Source of the DNA: Corallochytrium limacisporum Hawaii
Taxonomy: Eukaryota > Protista > Pluriformea
DNA: 64,000 bases
Assembly: GCA_002811645.1 (NCBI GenBank)
Contig: PDIP01000030.1
Coordinates: 32,514-96,513 of the forward strand
Direction of reading: 5' to 3'
Below, piece by piece: positions 9,673-20,708 of this stretch. The position numbers and the translations under genes were made by a program. Each line of letters begins with the position of its first letter. Position 1 is the stretch's first letter. Below the pieces are notes generated by a model. That model saw only the letters and a list, made by a program, of their open reading frames with translations. It made no database searches and was not told the origin of the DNA.

Positions 9673-10744
9673 GTCTTCTTTCTTCGTCAATGATTCAGTA
9701 TTTCTGTGGTTTATGGTTCAGATCACATAGTATGTCTTGCGTACATTGATGCCGTAGAGTGTAACTGTTGTTTAGATCCCTACAACCAGTGCTACATGTC
9801 GGCGCAATTACACACTCGTTGGTGCTATGTAGTCTCCACTATGCGCAGCTCCCACTCACGGGCGCTATGGTGAGACCCTCCCCCAAAAATACCCACCCTA
9901 CCAATCCCCCTCAACAACATCCCTCCGCGTTTCACTCCGTCCAGTTACTAGTTCCCCCTTTGTGCGGTCTCGTGGACTGTTCTGGGTTTGCATATTCTTA
10001 TTGTCATGAGTCGGAGCCTCTGAGTTACCGGTGGATCAAAAGGTTGGGAGGGGTATCATGGAGCAACCAACAAACCCAGTCCCCAGAAATCCACACAGGA
10101 GTGCGCAGCAAACAAGAAGACCCGGGTCCCCACCCACACTCTGCTGATGATGCGGTCCAGGGTGGCTGCTGAAGCCACGGCTGTTTCGGAGTCCCCAATT
10201 TTTTTGGCCCGTTTGCATCCGGTGTGTGAGAATCGTCCGAACTGTTGCTTTTGGGGCGCAGTCAGTATTTTAGTTTTGGGGAGCACAGGTCCTCAGCTGC
10301 AAATGACAGCGCACCCTGAAATAAACGAGTGATAGCCAGCGGAGGTGCAAAAAAAATTCTCCAGCAGTGTCGTTTGCGATTGCTCAGCTGCAGTGGTCAA
10401 TGTATTGTAGTTTGATGGGGTGGGAGCAGAGACTACGCCAAATATAGCAAGAACCGGCTGCTGAGTCTCTGAAACCCCCTTGCTCTCTCTGAGTTGTGGT
10501 GTGCGACTGGGCTTAAGTCATCGAATTCAAATGTCAACCCCGTTTGTGGACACAACAGGATTATACGCCGTGCCGGGTAGGCCGACCGACGTCACGGACG
10601 AATTTTGCCGGTTCCGTTCGCTGCATTTCCAGGACACATTTGGCAAGGGTGTTCCGGTGCAATTCATATAGTTTCCTTGCGTTTGCTGATTGAAGAAAGT
10701 TACTTTTGCTACCGTATTTTTTTTTCTCCCTTCAAGTGATATAT

Positions 10745-13700
10745 TTATTGTTGGCTAAGATACCACCACTGTAGGGTAGTGTACTCTGGATGGTAGCGAA
10801 CCCCGGAATAAACGAATGAGCCACGGTGGCTTGCATTCTCTTGGCCAGGGGCGAAGGACATACTTTCCACGTCCGCTCTGGACGGTGCTTGTGATGCATC
10901 CGCGCCTTGCAGTGATTCAGTGGTTTCTGACTTCTCGTTGTCCACTACAGGAGCCAGAGTGGTTGCACCCTCTTCGATGGGTTCTTCCACTAACTCTGCA
11001 GGCAGCGGGAAGATGTCCGGTCCGCAAACCGCCACCATGGCCCTCCGGAACAGTGCATGATCAGTCATGACTTCCTGAATCTGTGCTTCAATGGTGGAAA
11101 CAGCTACCACACCGCTACTGATCCATCGCGCGGTGCGTAGACTGTTCAGATAGTAATTTACATCGAGATCATCACCACTCACATGCAAATTGGCCAATAT
11201 CGCCCCGGTTCGGTGCAGGAATCTCATGCACGGGGGAACAATTGGGACGGCAATCAATGGACTGGTCTGCGGAATGCCCGCAATTACTTTGCCAATGCAG
11301 TCGTTGCGATTGTCAAAGTCAAGTAAGAAATTTCCGTCATCAGCAAGGATGCGTGTCAATACTTGCACCTTCTCTTCCATAGTCAGCACTCTGGCAGGCG
11401 GAGCATATTCCGTGGCATTCAAATCCAGCGGCGGCGCATAGGCAAGGCCAGAGGTCCAGGCTGGAGACCATTTCCTCATTGTCCTAAAGGGAGACGAGTC
11501 GTTCATGGTAGGTGACTCTGCATTGTAATCAACCACAGGGGTTGATGGTATTGGCATGATCGGAAACCCGAGCTGATGCGCTCTTCTTTGCAGACCTTGC
11601 ACCAGGTCATCCACTGTGGATGCCATCGTGGTCAACCAGTGGAACTCAAAGTGAAAGGCTGTGTTGACAGCAAACACACTATCATACCAAAGGATAAACC
11701 AAGGAGATCCATCGTCGACCATGCCCTCGGCATCCATTCCTTTGGCATCCAATCCGTGCAAGGAGATCATTGCCCACTTGTCCAAAATTGGCTTTGATGT
11801 GATTGGCACACTTAGACTGGCCACAGGCAGCGGCCTTCTCAGGTCGCGCTTCCAAATGGCATTCAATGGGGATACCGCCAGGGTGAAGATCTTGCAGTCA
11901 TCCGAGAATGTCTTCTCCGGCCCAGTGTGCTCGATCACCTGCTTGTTCAACAATTCTGTGGCAAAGAGAATTGCATCCTTCCGCTTGGGAACGTCTTCAA
12001 AACTTTGTAAAATCCAGTTGATCAGGGAAAAGCCGAAGAAGTAAGGCTTTGCGTCCTTATCATGATCGTATGTGAAGATGGGGAGGATTCCTGTGGAATC
12101 CGACATCATCGTGTAGACCAAGTGGTGACACTCCGTCTCCATTGACAATTTTGATTGCTGGTTCCTAGTCATATTCTTGGCTGCTTCTGGTGTCGTCGGC
12201 TTTTTCAGCGGCAGTTTTATAAAACAGTCTTGAGCAATCATGATCTTAAGATTGACCTCACTGGGCACATCTGCCAAACCCGATTTCGGAGATCCGTACG
12301 ACTGAAACTTTTCGGAGAACTTGACATAGTTGTTCAAGACCTCCTCAAAGTCAGAAATAGTAGTCAAAGTTGATTGCTTCTCGTCAGACACCTGCATCTT
12401 CGCAAAGCGACTTCGCCAGATTTTGATACCACCACTGCTTTCGTCCACAGGCATGCTGAGATTTCCAATGATCAACTGATCAATGTAGTTCCACTGATGA
12501 TCCATATGCGGCTCGTGAATGAATTTCGCCTTTCGCAGGGTGTTGTGGCTGGCAGATCCAATCAGTGAGTATGTATAGTCTTGGCTTATTGGATCCATGT
12601 GCAGAGATCTTGCTCTCTGTGAGACAGGTCCCGTCATGACAGTATCAGACGCGCTCCCGCGTGAGTATCGTTTGACGTCGATTAGTTCACCATCTCTAGA
12701 GATGATATGATAAATGCGGCCAAAGGACAAGCGAAATCTCTCGGATGACTCTATACCACTCTTTCGCCGACCTCCACCACTTGCTAAAGGGTACTCCCTT
12801 TGCGAGAACTGCGATGATCCTGTGGACATAATTAGTTGAAAGCCTTGGGCCAGTCGTTGGGATACCAGCGCCCTCATCGCAAGATCCGTAATCGCAACCT
12901 TTGACTTCTCCTTGCTGATGCTGTCGAGGACAGCAGGGTATAAAGTGTAGTTGTGTTCATTAAACTTCCCATGGAGGTCGCCGGCGTCCGGGAAGTAATC
13001 TGTTGTAATGGGCAAACAAGCCGGTTCACAAAGTGCGTCCCAGTTGGGACCAGTGTGTTCGTATCCGAATACCCATTTCACGTTAGGTGTCAAATGGGCC
13101 CAACGTCTCCGGTTAGCAGTCATTTTCTGGCGATTGGCACCTATCTGGAATGGATTGAATCTGTCCGTCTGCTGTGCTTGTTTTGCATTATGATCCATGG
13201 CCGCTGCGAGACCGAGGTCCATCATTGACGATGAACTAATGCTGTGCGAGTGAATCCGTCCCGCTAATGTGTCACTCTTGTGGCTTAGGCCAAGCCGATC
13301 ACCACCAAACGACGACCGGCTCGCATGCGACATGGGAATGTCAATCGGAATACCCATAATCGACGTCTCTTCTTCTGTAGCAGTTACAGAGTGCCCAGAA
13401 CCCTCTCCACCGACAATGGACGGGGATTCATCAGACATTTCCGACAAGTGATCCTCGTCCATGGCCTTCCTTATGGCAGGCAGCCTATCTAGAAGTCGAG
13501 TACTGCGCAAAGGTGAGAGCGAAGCTCCTTGGGAGAAGTGACGCTCCCTGCGCATCCGTGCTTGATTTACGCTGGCAAGTTTTTCTCTCAAGGCATGACT
13601 ACGCCGTGATGACGAGAATACACTGCGGTCATAGGATTCCATTTGGGACCATCCAAGATGGTCGGCAACCACGTTCTCTTCATCTTCACCGCCAGGGTTT

Positions 13701-15160
13701 TCGGGACAATGTTGGCACCGTTTATCTTCTGCCATGGATATAAACCGATATGGTTCCATACCTAGACCATTTGAACTGCCATCAGGGATCAAGAGATCCA
13801 ACCGGCTAGAACCGACTGGAATGAAACACTGCCGGTTGATAAGCCAGTCCCTATAGAAGATCATGTAGATCCAGTCAGGTGATGAGTATGTCGGTGCGCC
13901 CTTGCCTGACCCATCAGAATGTGACACGGGCTCATCGAGGTGGATAAAGAGCGGAATGGCATGCAGAGGAGGCATAGCAACCGAGATGAAATCACAAACT
14001 ATGCCATGGTCAATCATGCGCCTTTTGGTCATCCTTGCGAGCTGTGGCTGCACTTCAAAGACACCAGAATTGGCCGAGATGCAAATGTAGAGCTGACCTG
14101 TACGATCAAGGTTGCGATCGAGTCGATGGCGCTCAAACACATTCAAACCCAGGTTGATTGCTTCGAGAAAGTTACTGCTTCTTGCTGCACAGAGCCTTCC
14201 AAGTCTCTTCCCGTCCGCAGATCTTCTGTGTGCCTTCTTGTAGAACCCGTTGATGGACGTACGCATGGACGCAATGAATTCAACCACATTCAAGGTGCTC
14301 GATTCGAGTTCACACGCCATATGATATATATCTTCATAGAACATCTCGGCAAGCGCACCGCCTTTGAGAAATTTCGTAGCTCTAAGGGCCGTCCTGTCAT
14401 CTATCATTTCATTTGCTTCATCTTTTGTGTAGTGTATCCGACCAGTCAGGATGAAGGACACGTGATGGTTAACGCCAGCATCGAGCCATTTTGTGACCAA
14501 TTCTTTCAGTGCACAATCGAGGACCTTCTCCAGATAGGTATCACCGTCATACGCATAGTCCTGCAGTTCGGACGACATTTGGACCATAACAAAGACTCTA
14601 GCCGTACCAGACCTATACACCACGTTGGTCTCTTCAGTGAGGATTCCGGTGTGAATACTCGTATTGTCTTTCCACAACTCTCGTACAGAGGCATGGATGC
14701 CGTTGATCACAATGGTTTTCCCAACATACAATGCAGAAGATCTCAATTCCCGCTTGAAACGCCACATGTCACCTCGTCCAATATACTGATCTCGGAATGA
14801 AACACTGACCAAGTGGACGCTGTATGAAGCTTCATCTACGATCACAACATTGACATCGCTTCGCATACCGAAGCCAAATTGTTCTGCAAGGTTCCGTTCC
14901 ATCGACACCTGGAAGGAAGATCCCTTTAGCGTCTTTGAGTCCGCAACTAAGGCCTTCAGGACGAGATACTTAGAGCCAGTTCTAGATTTCACCAAAGAAA
15001 TCCTCGCAAAACAATCTGTGAAGGCGTTAGGCATCATTTCCCCGTTGATGACAAATTCGTAGCCTTTGAACTGAGACGCCTCATGGTGCCACAAGCGTAC
15101 TGATGAGGACCGGCCTATGCGGGTGACCCCTCGGCGCGACCTTAGGTCGGCTCCACTCAT
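10745..15160 (-). CDS. DEPDC5: GATOR1 subunit DEPDC5/Iml1, 1471 aa
   Basis: FRDQYIGRGDMWRF, VQMSSEL, NFLEAINLGLNVF, DRNLDRTGQ, PPLHAIPLF, NRRRWAH, W..LCEPACLPITTDYFP, LVSQRLAQGFQLI, and a DEP-like segment FFGFSLINWI. Confidence 0.95.
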   Translation of the reverse strand: MSGADLRSRRGVTRIGRSSSVRLWHHEASQFKGYEFVINGEMMPNAFTDCFARISLVKSRTGSKYLVLKALVADSKTLKGSSFQVSMERNLAEQFGFGMRSDVNVVIVDEASYSVHLVSVSFRDQYIGRGDMWRFKRELRSSALYVGKTIVINGIHASVRELWKDNTSIHTGILTEETNVVYRSGTARVFVMVQMSSELQDYAYDGDTYLEKVLDCALKELVTKWLDAGVNHHVSFILTGRIHYTKDEANEMIDDRTALRATKFLKGGALAEMFYEDIYHMACELESSTLNVVEFIASMRTSINGFYKKAHRRSADGKRLGRLCAARSSNFLEAINLGLNVFERHRLDRNLDRTGQLYICISANSGVFEVQPQLARMTKRRMIDHGIVCDFISVAMPPLHAIPLFIHLDEPVSHSDGSGKGAPTYSSPDWIYMIFYRDWLINRQCFIPVGSSRLDLLIPDGSSNGLGMEPYRFISMAEDKRCQHCPENPGGEDEENVVADHLGWSQMESYDRSVFSSSRRSHALREKLASVNQARMRRERHFSQGASLSPLRSTRLLDRLPAIRKAMDEDHLSEMSDESPSIVGGEGSGHSVTATEEETSIMGIPIDIPMSHASRSSFGGDRLGLSHKSDTLAGRIHSHSISSSSMMDLGLAAAMDHNAKQAQQTDRFNPFQIGANRQKMTANRRRWAHLTPNVKWVFGYEHTGPNWDALCEPACLPITTDYFPDAGDLHGKFNEHNYTLYPAVLDSISKEKSKVAITDLAMRALVSQRLAQGFQLIMSTGSSQFSQREYPLASGGGRRKSGIESSERFRLSFGRIYHIISRDGELIDVKRYSRGSASDTVMTGPVSQRARSLHMDPISQDYTYSLIGSASHNTLRKAKFIHEPHMDHQWNYIDQLIIGNLSMPVDESSGGIKIWRSRFAKMQVSDEKQSTLTTISDFEEVLNNYVKFSEKFQSYGSPKSGLADVPSEVNLKIMIAQDCFIKLPLKKPTTPEAAKNMTRNQQSKLSMETECHHLVYTMMSDSTGILPIFTYDHDKDAKPYFFGFSLINWILQSFEDVPKRKDAILFATELLNKQVIEHTGPEKTFSDDCKIFTLAVSPLNAIWKRDLRRPLPVASLSVPITSKPILDKWAMISLHGLDAKGMDAEGMVDDGSPWFILWYDSVFAVNTAFHFEFHWLTTMASTVDDLVQGLQRRAHQLGFPIMPIPSTPVVDYNAESPTMNDSSPFRTMRKWSPAWTSGLAYAPPLDLNATEYAPPARVLTMEEKVQVLTRILADDGNFLLDFDNRNDCIGKVIAGIPQTSPLIAVPIVPPCMRFLHRTGAILANLHVSGDDLDVNYYLNSLRTARWISSGVVAVSTIEAQIQEVMTDHALFRRAMVAVCGPDIFPLPAELVEEPIEEGATTLAPVVDNEKSETTESLQGADASQAPSRADVESMSFAPGQENASHRGSFVYSGVRYHPEYTTLQWWYLSQQ

Positions 15161-15395
15161 TATTTGAGAATGATCTTGTTCTACATTATCAACATGTTGC
15201 TGGTATTAAGCAAGGCCATCAAATCAGCGCATAAGAGGTAGGGTTACCGGTGACAAGAACAAATTGGCTCTGTAAATAGTTGGGAGTGCTAATGGCTTCT
15301 TGTGCACGGGTTGCGCAGGGCCCGGCATCCCACCTACCCAAATTACTTCCGGACGTGTCTTAAATCCTCCGAGAGTCCCCTCGCTAATGCTAGCC

Positions 15396-15405
15396 TTTGG
15401 CGCGC
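15396..15405 (+). promoter_or_regulatory. E2F-like site TTTGGCGCGC in the DEPDC5/PSMA2 divergent intergenic region
   Basis: Matches TTTSSCGC; the identical 10-mer recurs at 25742-25751. Confidence 0.4.
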
Positions 15406-15931
15406 GGTGAAGCGCCCAAGTTCTAAAACTGCCATACTTTAGTTACTCAGCCGACCTGTATGCCAAAATGATGTGTCAGTTTGCCTCCAAACTGCTCAAG
15501 TTCAGTACTAAACGTACTGAGCGCAGAACCGTACGGACGGGCAAACACACATTTCGAAAATTTTGCGCGGCACTGGCAGTCTTGTCCCCTATACAATATC
15601 GCACTGCCGTAGAAATGTTGTGCCTTTTTGTGGGCCCCTTTTGTTTCAGAACACCAGCGAACACAGAAACAGCCACACAGACGAGGCAGGTGGCTGCTGG
15701 TGTCTGCTAGTGGCTGCCACGGGCTCAAAGTTCGCTGGGAGTGTTCCGGACGCTTTGGCTAGCAATCTCCGTGCAGAGTCTGAAAGCCCTTTGACTTGTG
15801 CACTTCTTCTGGTCCAGTGAGTCTTCATGGTATAATTTGATGAGGTAGAAGACATATTTTAGTAGATCATATGTCAATGGCTTAATGTGCAGGAAAGCAT
15901 CTATTGCACATTGTATGATAGTAGTGGAACA

Positions 15932-16636
15932 ATGTCGGAACGGTACAGCTTTTCGTTGACAACTTTCAGTCCTTCGGGCAAACTGGTACAGATCGAGTAT
16001 GCTTTGAACGCTGTGGCCAGCGGTGCCACTAGCCTGGGTGTGAAGGCTACCAACGGAGTGGTTATTGCAACAGAGAAAACCATGCCTATGCTCTGCGACG
16101 AGAGTAGTTTGCCAAAGTTGGTGAAGATCACAGACACTGTTGGTATGGTCTACAGTGGAATTGGACCGGACAGCCGGGTTCTCGCTAAGAAGGCCCGTAA
16201 GATTGCTCAAGAGTACTTCCTCACCTATCGTGAGCCGATGCCTCTGAGCCAGGTTGTGCGTGAGGTTGCCAGTGTCATGCAGGAGTATACGCAAAGTGGT
16301 GGTGTCAGGCCTTTTGGAGTCTCTCTCCTGGTGTGCGGCCTGGACGAGGGTCGCCATGGTATGTTCCAGGTTGACCCCTCCGGATCCTACTGGCCATGGA
16401 AGGCTACTGCGATCGGTAAGAACTATGTAAACGCCAAGACCTTCCTTGAAAAGCGCTACAACGAGGAGATTGAACTTGAGGATGCTATCCATACTGCAAT
16501 TCTCACACTGAAGGAGGGTTTTGAAGGACAGTTGACTGAAAAGAGCATTGAGATTGCCACAGTCACTCCCAAAGACGGCTTCCGCATCCTGACCGAAGCT
16601 GAATTGAAAGATCAGCTGGCCGCTGTTGGAAATTAA
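15932..16636 (+). CDS. PSMA2: 20S proteasome subunit alpha-2
   Basis: [68 protein letters not shown]. Confidence 0.97.
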   Translation: MSERYSFSLTTFSPSGKLVQIEYALNAVASGATSLGVKATNGVVIATEKTMPMLCDESSLPKLVKITDTVGMVYSGIGPDSRVLAKKARKIAQEYFLTYREPMPLSQVVREVASVMQEYTQSGGVRPFGVSLLVCGLDEGRHGMFQVDPSGSYWPWKATAIGKNYVNAKTFLEKRYNEEIELEDAIHTAILTLKEGFEGQLTEKSIEIATVTPKDGFRILTEAELKDQLAAVGN

Positions 16637-16790
16637 GTTTCTAGAGACAGCATAAGAATAAGATATGTAGCAACAACACACAGAACCAGTCTCGTAGTTT
16701 CAAAGAATACTTGTATATGGACTATTTTTGACTATGTTTTTTATTTGGGAGTTTGAACTTCCTTCTAGTAATCTGTCATGAATTTTTAAA

Positions 16791-17588
16791 TTAGTTCTTA
16801 CCACCGCCCTGGATCTGCTCCCATGGGCTAGTGTACTCGAACTTGCGGAAGTCTTGTGTCAGTTCAAGGGGCTCACTGACGACACGCTTCTGCTCCTCAT
16901 CGTAGCGCACCTCTACATAGCCGGTAAGGGGAAAGTCCTTACGCAGGGGGTGTCCCTCGAAGCCGTAGTCTGTCAGAATTCGACGAAGGTCGGGGTGGTT
17001 GGCGAAGAAGACACCGTACATGTCCCAGACCTCACGTTCAGGCCAGTTTGCACTGGGAAACAGGTCACAGACGGATTCCACTGGAGTGAGCTCATCAGTA
17101 TAGGTGCGGACGCGAATGCGGGAATTGTACCGCAGAGATAACAGATTGTACACAATTTCGAAGCGGTAAACGCGCTCAGGAACATCAACACCACTCACGT
17201 CCATGAGCTGCTTGAACTGGCAGTTGGTGTGGTCCCGGAGAAACTGCAGCAAAGGATGCACAGCTTCGGGGTATGTCAAAATTTCCAGTTCGTTCTGTTG
17301 AGTAACCCGGACTTCCTGCACAAACTTGGGCACACACTCTGCAATAAACTTGGCAAAGTCGTTCAAGCGCTGGCTTTTTTCCTCCTGGGCTTCGATGCGA
17401 TCAGACATGAGAGAGCCTCTAACAGAGTCCCCAGTGGATACGGATTCACCAACGGATTTCTCCTCAAAGACCCGATGAGAGTGGTGGAATGAACGATATG
17501 TAAGAGGGGCAACTACGTTTCGCACATATTGAGGCCTGAACAAACGAGGCACGGCCCGAGCCCCGGTCTGACGAAATAGTGAGAACAT
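16791..17588 (-). CDS. NDUFS3: Complex I 30 kDa subunit with mitochondrial presequence
   Basis: [71 protein letters not shown]; Arg-rich N-terminus. Confidence 0.97.
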   Translation of the reverse strand: MFSLFRQTGARAVPRLFRPQYVRNVVAPLTYRSFHHSHRVFEEKSVGESVSTGDSVRGSLMSDRIEAQEEKSQRLNDFAKFIAECVPKFVQEVRVTQQNELEILTYPEAVHPLLQFLRDHTNCQFKQLMDVSGVDVPERVYRFEIVYNLLSLRYNSRIRVRTYTDELTPVESVCDLFPSANWPEREVWDMYGVFFANHPDLRRILTDYGFEGHPLRKDFPLTGYVEVRYDEEQKRVVSEPLELTQDFRKFEYTSPWEQIQGGGKN

Positions 17589-18066
17589 CCTGCACTCCAG
17601 TCAGCCTTCTATGATAATAATGCCGCAAGGATTTTCTGCTTGAACAATACAATCCACTGGATTAGTTTTCGTTACATTTTCAAGAACCTTCAGTAAGTAT
17701 TTACTTCGGTGTCTTTCTAACCACTCTAGTAAGCAGAGTTTTGTATGTCACAGAAAGAAACTCCTGTGCGACCTGCGTGATTGCAAACATCGAGGAAGAA
17801 GTTTTCCAGAGGCACAATTCACCAAAGGTGCACAACCACACCGGTGTCGCGACAAGCCCACACTTCACTGGAGGGGTCCTCGGACCACCCTTTTCAGCCA
17901 CCGGGTGGGCCCCTGGTGTAGCAAGTTTTTGTTTATTTTCGAAGCACCCAGTGCAAAACAAGACTCGAGATTTGAGGGAAAGGGAGTCCATTTTTGTGCG
18001 AACTGGTCTCCACAGGCTGAGGGCTCCCTGCTCAAAACGGAAGGAGGGGGAAACGCTGGCAACCGA

Positions 18067-19147
18067 AATTGGCGGATTGTGGTGGTGGACTGTGACTTAA
18101 ATAATGCTCCAAGCAACATCATGCAGGTTCGGAACGGAGACAAGATTCTCATCTCGTTTGACTTTTATGAATATGAAACCAAGAGCACCACACCTGTGGA
18201 AGGACCACACGCGGTGTTTAACTATATTGCCCGGTACAACGTGGACATCACAGACTTCCCTATCAAATATCTGCAGAATGAAGAGCTCGACATTAAGGTT
18301 TTGGTTTGCCACACGGACGGTACCTTCACCGAGTGTGGCTCGTCCAAACTGTCTCTTCAGTTGATGCTCAAGGCTACAGCACAGCAGGAGGTAAACAGAC
18401 TTTGGTGGTTTCCGAAGACGATGAAGACGATGCGGATGATGAGGACCTGCCCCCTGCCATCACTGTAGGCATCGAGACCCTGGAACTAGTGGATAAGTCA
18501 CCAACTGCCCACGACCCGCACGTTCAGATGGAATACCTGAGCTTTGAGCTCCTGGCTTTCCATGCTGCAGAGCTAGAGACGGAGTCCTACGCAAAGCAGA
18601 GCATCCTTGGACAACCCTGTGATGTGGGATACCGAAGGAGTAAGCATTTTCTGACCACTGTATGATCTTTGCGGCAATGGCCCGGTATCATGAACAAGTT
18701 GAAGACTAACACGACTAAGCAATCGTGACTTTCCTTTCCTTTGCTTTCCCTTCAACAGCTTTCCAACTGCCCTACGGAACACCTTCCCGTAATCTGCTCA
18801 GGAAGATAAAATATGACGAACTAACATCACCGGGTGGTGTGACGGTTCTCAATGACCCTCGTGACATCAGTTTCTTCCTAGTGTCCGAGCCTGCAGACGA
18901 TGAGGTCGATGCTGAGTGCGAGGACCTTGCAGTCGGTAGCTTGGTCGTCGCAGAACTTCTGTCCCGAAATGAGCACACCATTACGCAATCCCTGGACCTA
19001 TACAGCGTAACAAAACCAGAAGTTATTGTGGGCAAGCTGAACGTTTCCATTAGTGGTCTGCCTGACTGTGTGCGTGCGATTGCTAATTATGAAGATGCAC
19101 AGAGTAGGTTCTACACGGTGGACTATAATTCACAGAAGAATTCATAA
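18067..19147 (+). CDS. RPGRIP1L: Shortened RPGRIP1/RPGRIP1L (MKS5)-like gene: first C2 domain plus C-terminal RPGR-interacting C2 domain; one intron and one unexplained frame switch; start uncertain, may be a pseudogene
   Basis: ISFDFYEYETKSTTPVEGPHAVFNYIARYNVDITDFPIKYLQ resembles recalled [64 protein letters not shown] resembles [24 protein letters not shown]. Spread across ORFs 17905, 18306 and 18725. Confidence 0.8.
18640..18758 (+). other. Spliceosomal intron (119 nt, phase 1) in the RPGRIP1L-like gene
   Basis: GTAAGC donor, GACTAAC branch point at 18704-18710, pyrimidine tract, CAG acceptor; removal joins ORF 18306 to ORF 18725 in frame (GYRR-T-FQLPY). Confidence 0.88.
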
Positions 19148-19305
19148 ACACAGTTCTACATTGCCTCCAAAACCAAAGGGACCAAGGACCATGCTTTGCC
19201 AAATTTCCGTACCTTTTTGTGGGCTCTGAGAAGGAATAGTACTGGACAAGAAATATCCCGCCCATCTGTGACAGTGAAGAAATGAAGTTCCCCTTCGTAA
19301 AGTAC

Positions 19306-19602
19306 TTATGCGTCTGACGGATTTTGCATAACAACTAGAATGTACTCTTTGTCGGGAGCAATCATTATCTCGTGCTTCCGAGTCCGCAACCGCAGGAAAG
19401 TCAGGTCGTTCTGAGGGTCCAGATCACGGACTACAGACTTTGCTTTGCCGGCCAACTGGGACACCAGGGCGGCGTACTGTACGGTCTGTGAGTTATCGAG
19501 AGTAGTGCGGATTGGAATACCGTCGTTATTGACGATAATATATCCGAGCACGCCCTTATGGCTCTGGATACGCTTCAGGGTTTCCTCGACTTCAGCGGAC
19601 AT
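19306..19602 (-). CDS. DYNLRB: Dynein light chain roadblock type (LC7), 98 aa
   Basis: [60 protein letters not shown]. Confidence 0.96.
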   Translation of the reverse strand: MSAEVEETLKRIQSHKGVLGYIIVNNDGIPIRTTLDNSQTVQYAALVSQLAGKAKSVVRDLDPQNDLTFLRLRTRKHEIMIAPDKEYILVVMQNPSDA

Positions 19603-20708
19603 GTTTCTTGGCTGTTGGTTTGCAAGTTCTAAGAAACTTGTGGGTGCTACAGAATAGATCAAATACCCGTGAAGATCAAATACCAATGCTGACTATCGCC
19701 AGCATAGGCTAAGGCGGCAGATAGCCACAAAATTGGGCTAAAAAAAACCAGCCGGTGACTTGTCTTTGTCTATAGCAATGTTCATAGAAGGGGAGCATAA
19801 GGGAACGGCCCCCTATGAACCCACCAGGATTAGTACACATCGACACCGGGCGGGACCTCTGCACGCCTCCCTTCGCCCTCTACAAGTGTTTGCAACTCAG
19901 TCGCAGGTAGTCGAGATCCTTCCTAAAGGAACGATTGGTACTCCGGCACAAAACGCGGCCCCCCATTGTCTGCGGCCGCAGGAATTCCCCAAGGAGTTTG
20001 GTGGCCATTTTGTGCGCGTTAGGACGGGCGCTCGGCTGCCTTGTCTTTCCCCTGCTCTTCATTCAACGCTCATGGTGGGGTGCCGGACCTTTCCTACATC
20101 CCCTTCCCCTTTCCCGTGCTGAAACTGCAACAGACCCACGGGGATATATTCTAAAAATACATGTGAATCAGAAAAGCGTATATTTCATGTCCCGAGTGAG
20201 CGGTTTACGGCCCTTGGTCTTCTATCTATTCGCGGGAAGAAATTGTACTCATTGTCCGAGAGGGTAGTATCAGTGGACGTGTGCGTAGGTTTGTGTACTG
20301 TGCTGAAGGTGCCGGTGCCCAGCGGTTCACGGGGGAAGGGGCCGTGAGAACCACTACCGGGTGTTCGCCAGCTGCGAAAGAATCTGCCCTACCAATGGGC
20401 CCTTATGTGTAGGGACCATCGCTCTGCACGTTCGGAAGCCATAGTACGAGAAAGGGCTGAGCATTGGTGGTCTCGGCGGATGTTAAGTGTATTGTGTGTG
20501 GTTACAGTCTTCTTCGAGGACCATCGTGATCACCGGTGGGCAGGTGTGGGATGACTGGACACGCTCATAGCGAAGGGGTTCACAAAGGTATACATGATGT
20601 AATACAGCTACCTGATGCAGTTGCTTTAGAACCCTACTGTTCCGTCACATTTACAGAGCCAGGTTCGCAACGCATAGTGAAAACCAGACTTGAAGGAATC
20701 GTATCAAC

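Noticed and set aside
15242-15254. X-box-like GTTACCGGTGAC upstream of DEPDC5, and a GGCAAC half-site near RPGRIP1L
   Set aside because: Imperfect or half matches only; not enough to claim RFX regulation.
20260-20560. GC-rich stretch upstream of TAT considered as RNase P/MRP or another structured RNA
   Set aside because: Only a loose GGGAAGG..GAG resemblance; no matching 3' conserved region or convincing helices found by eye.
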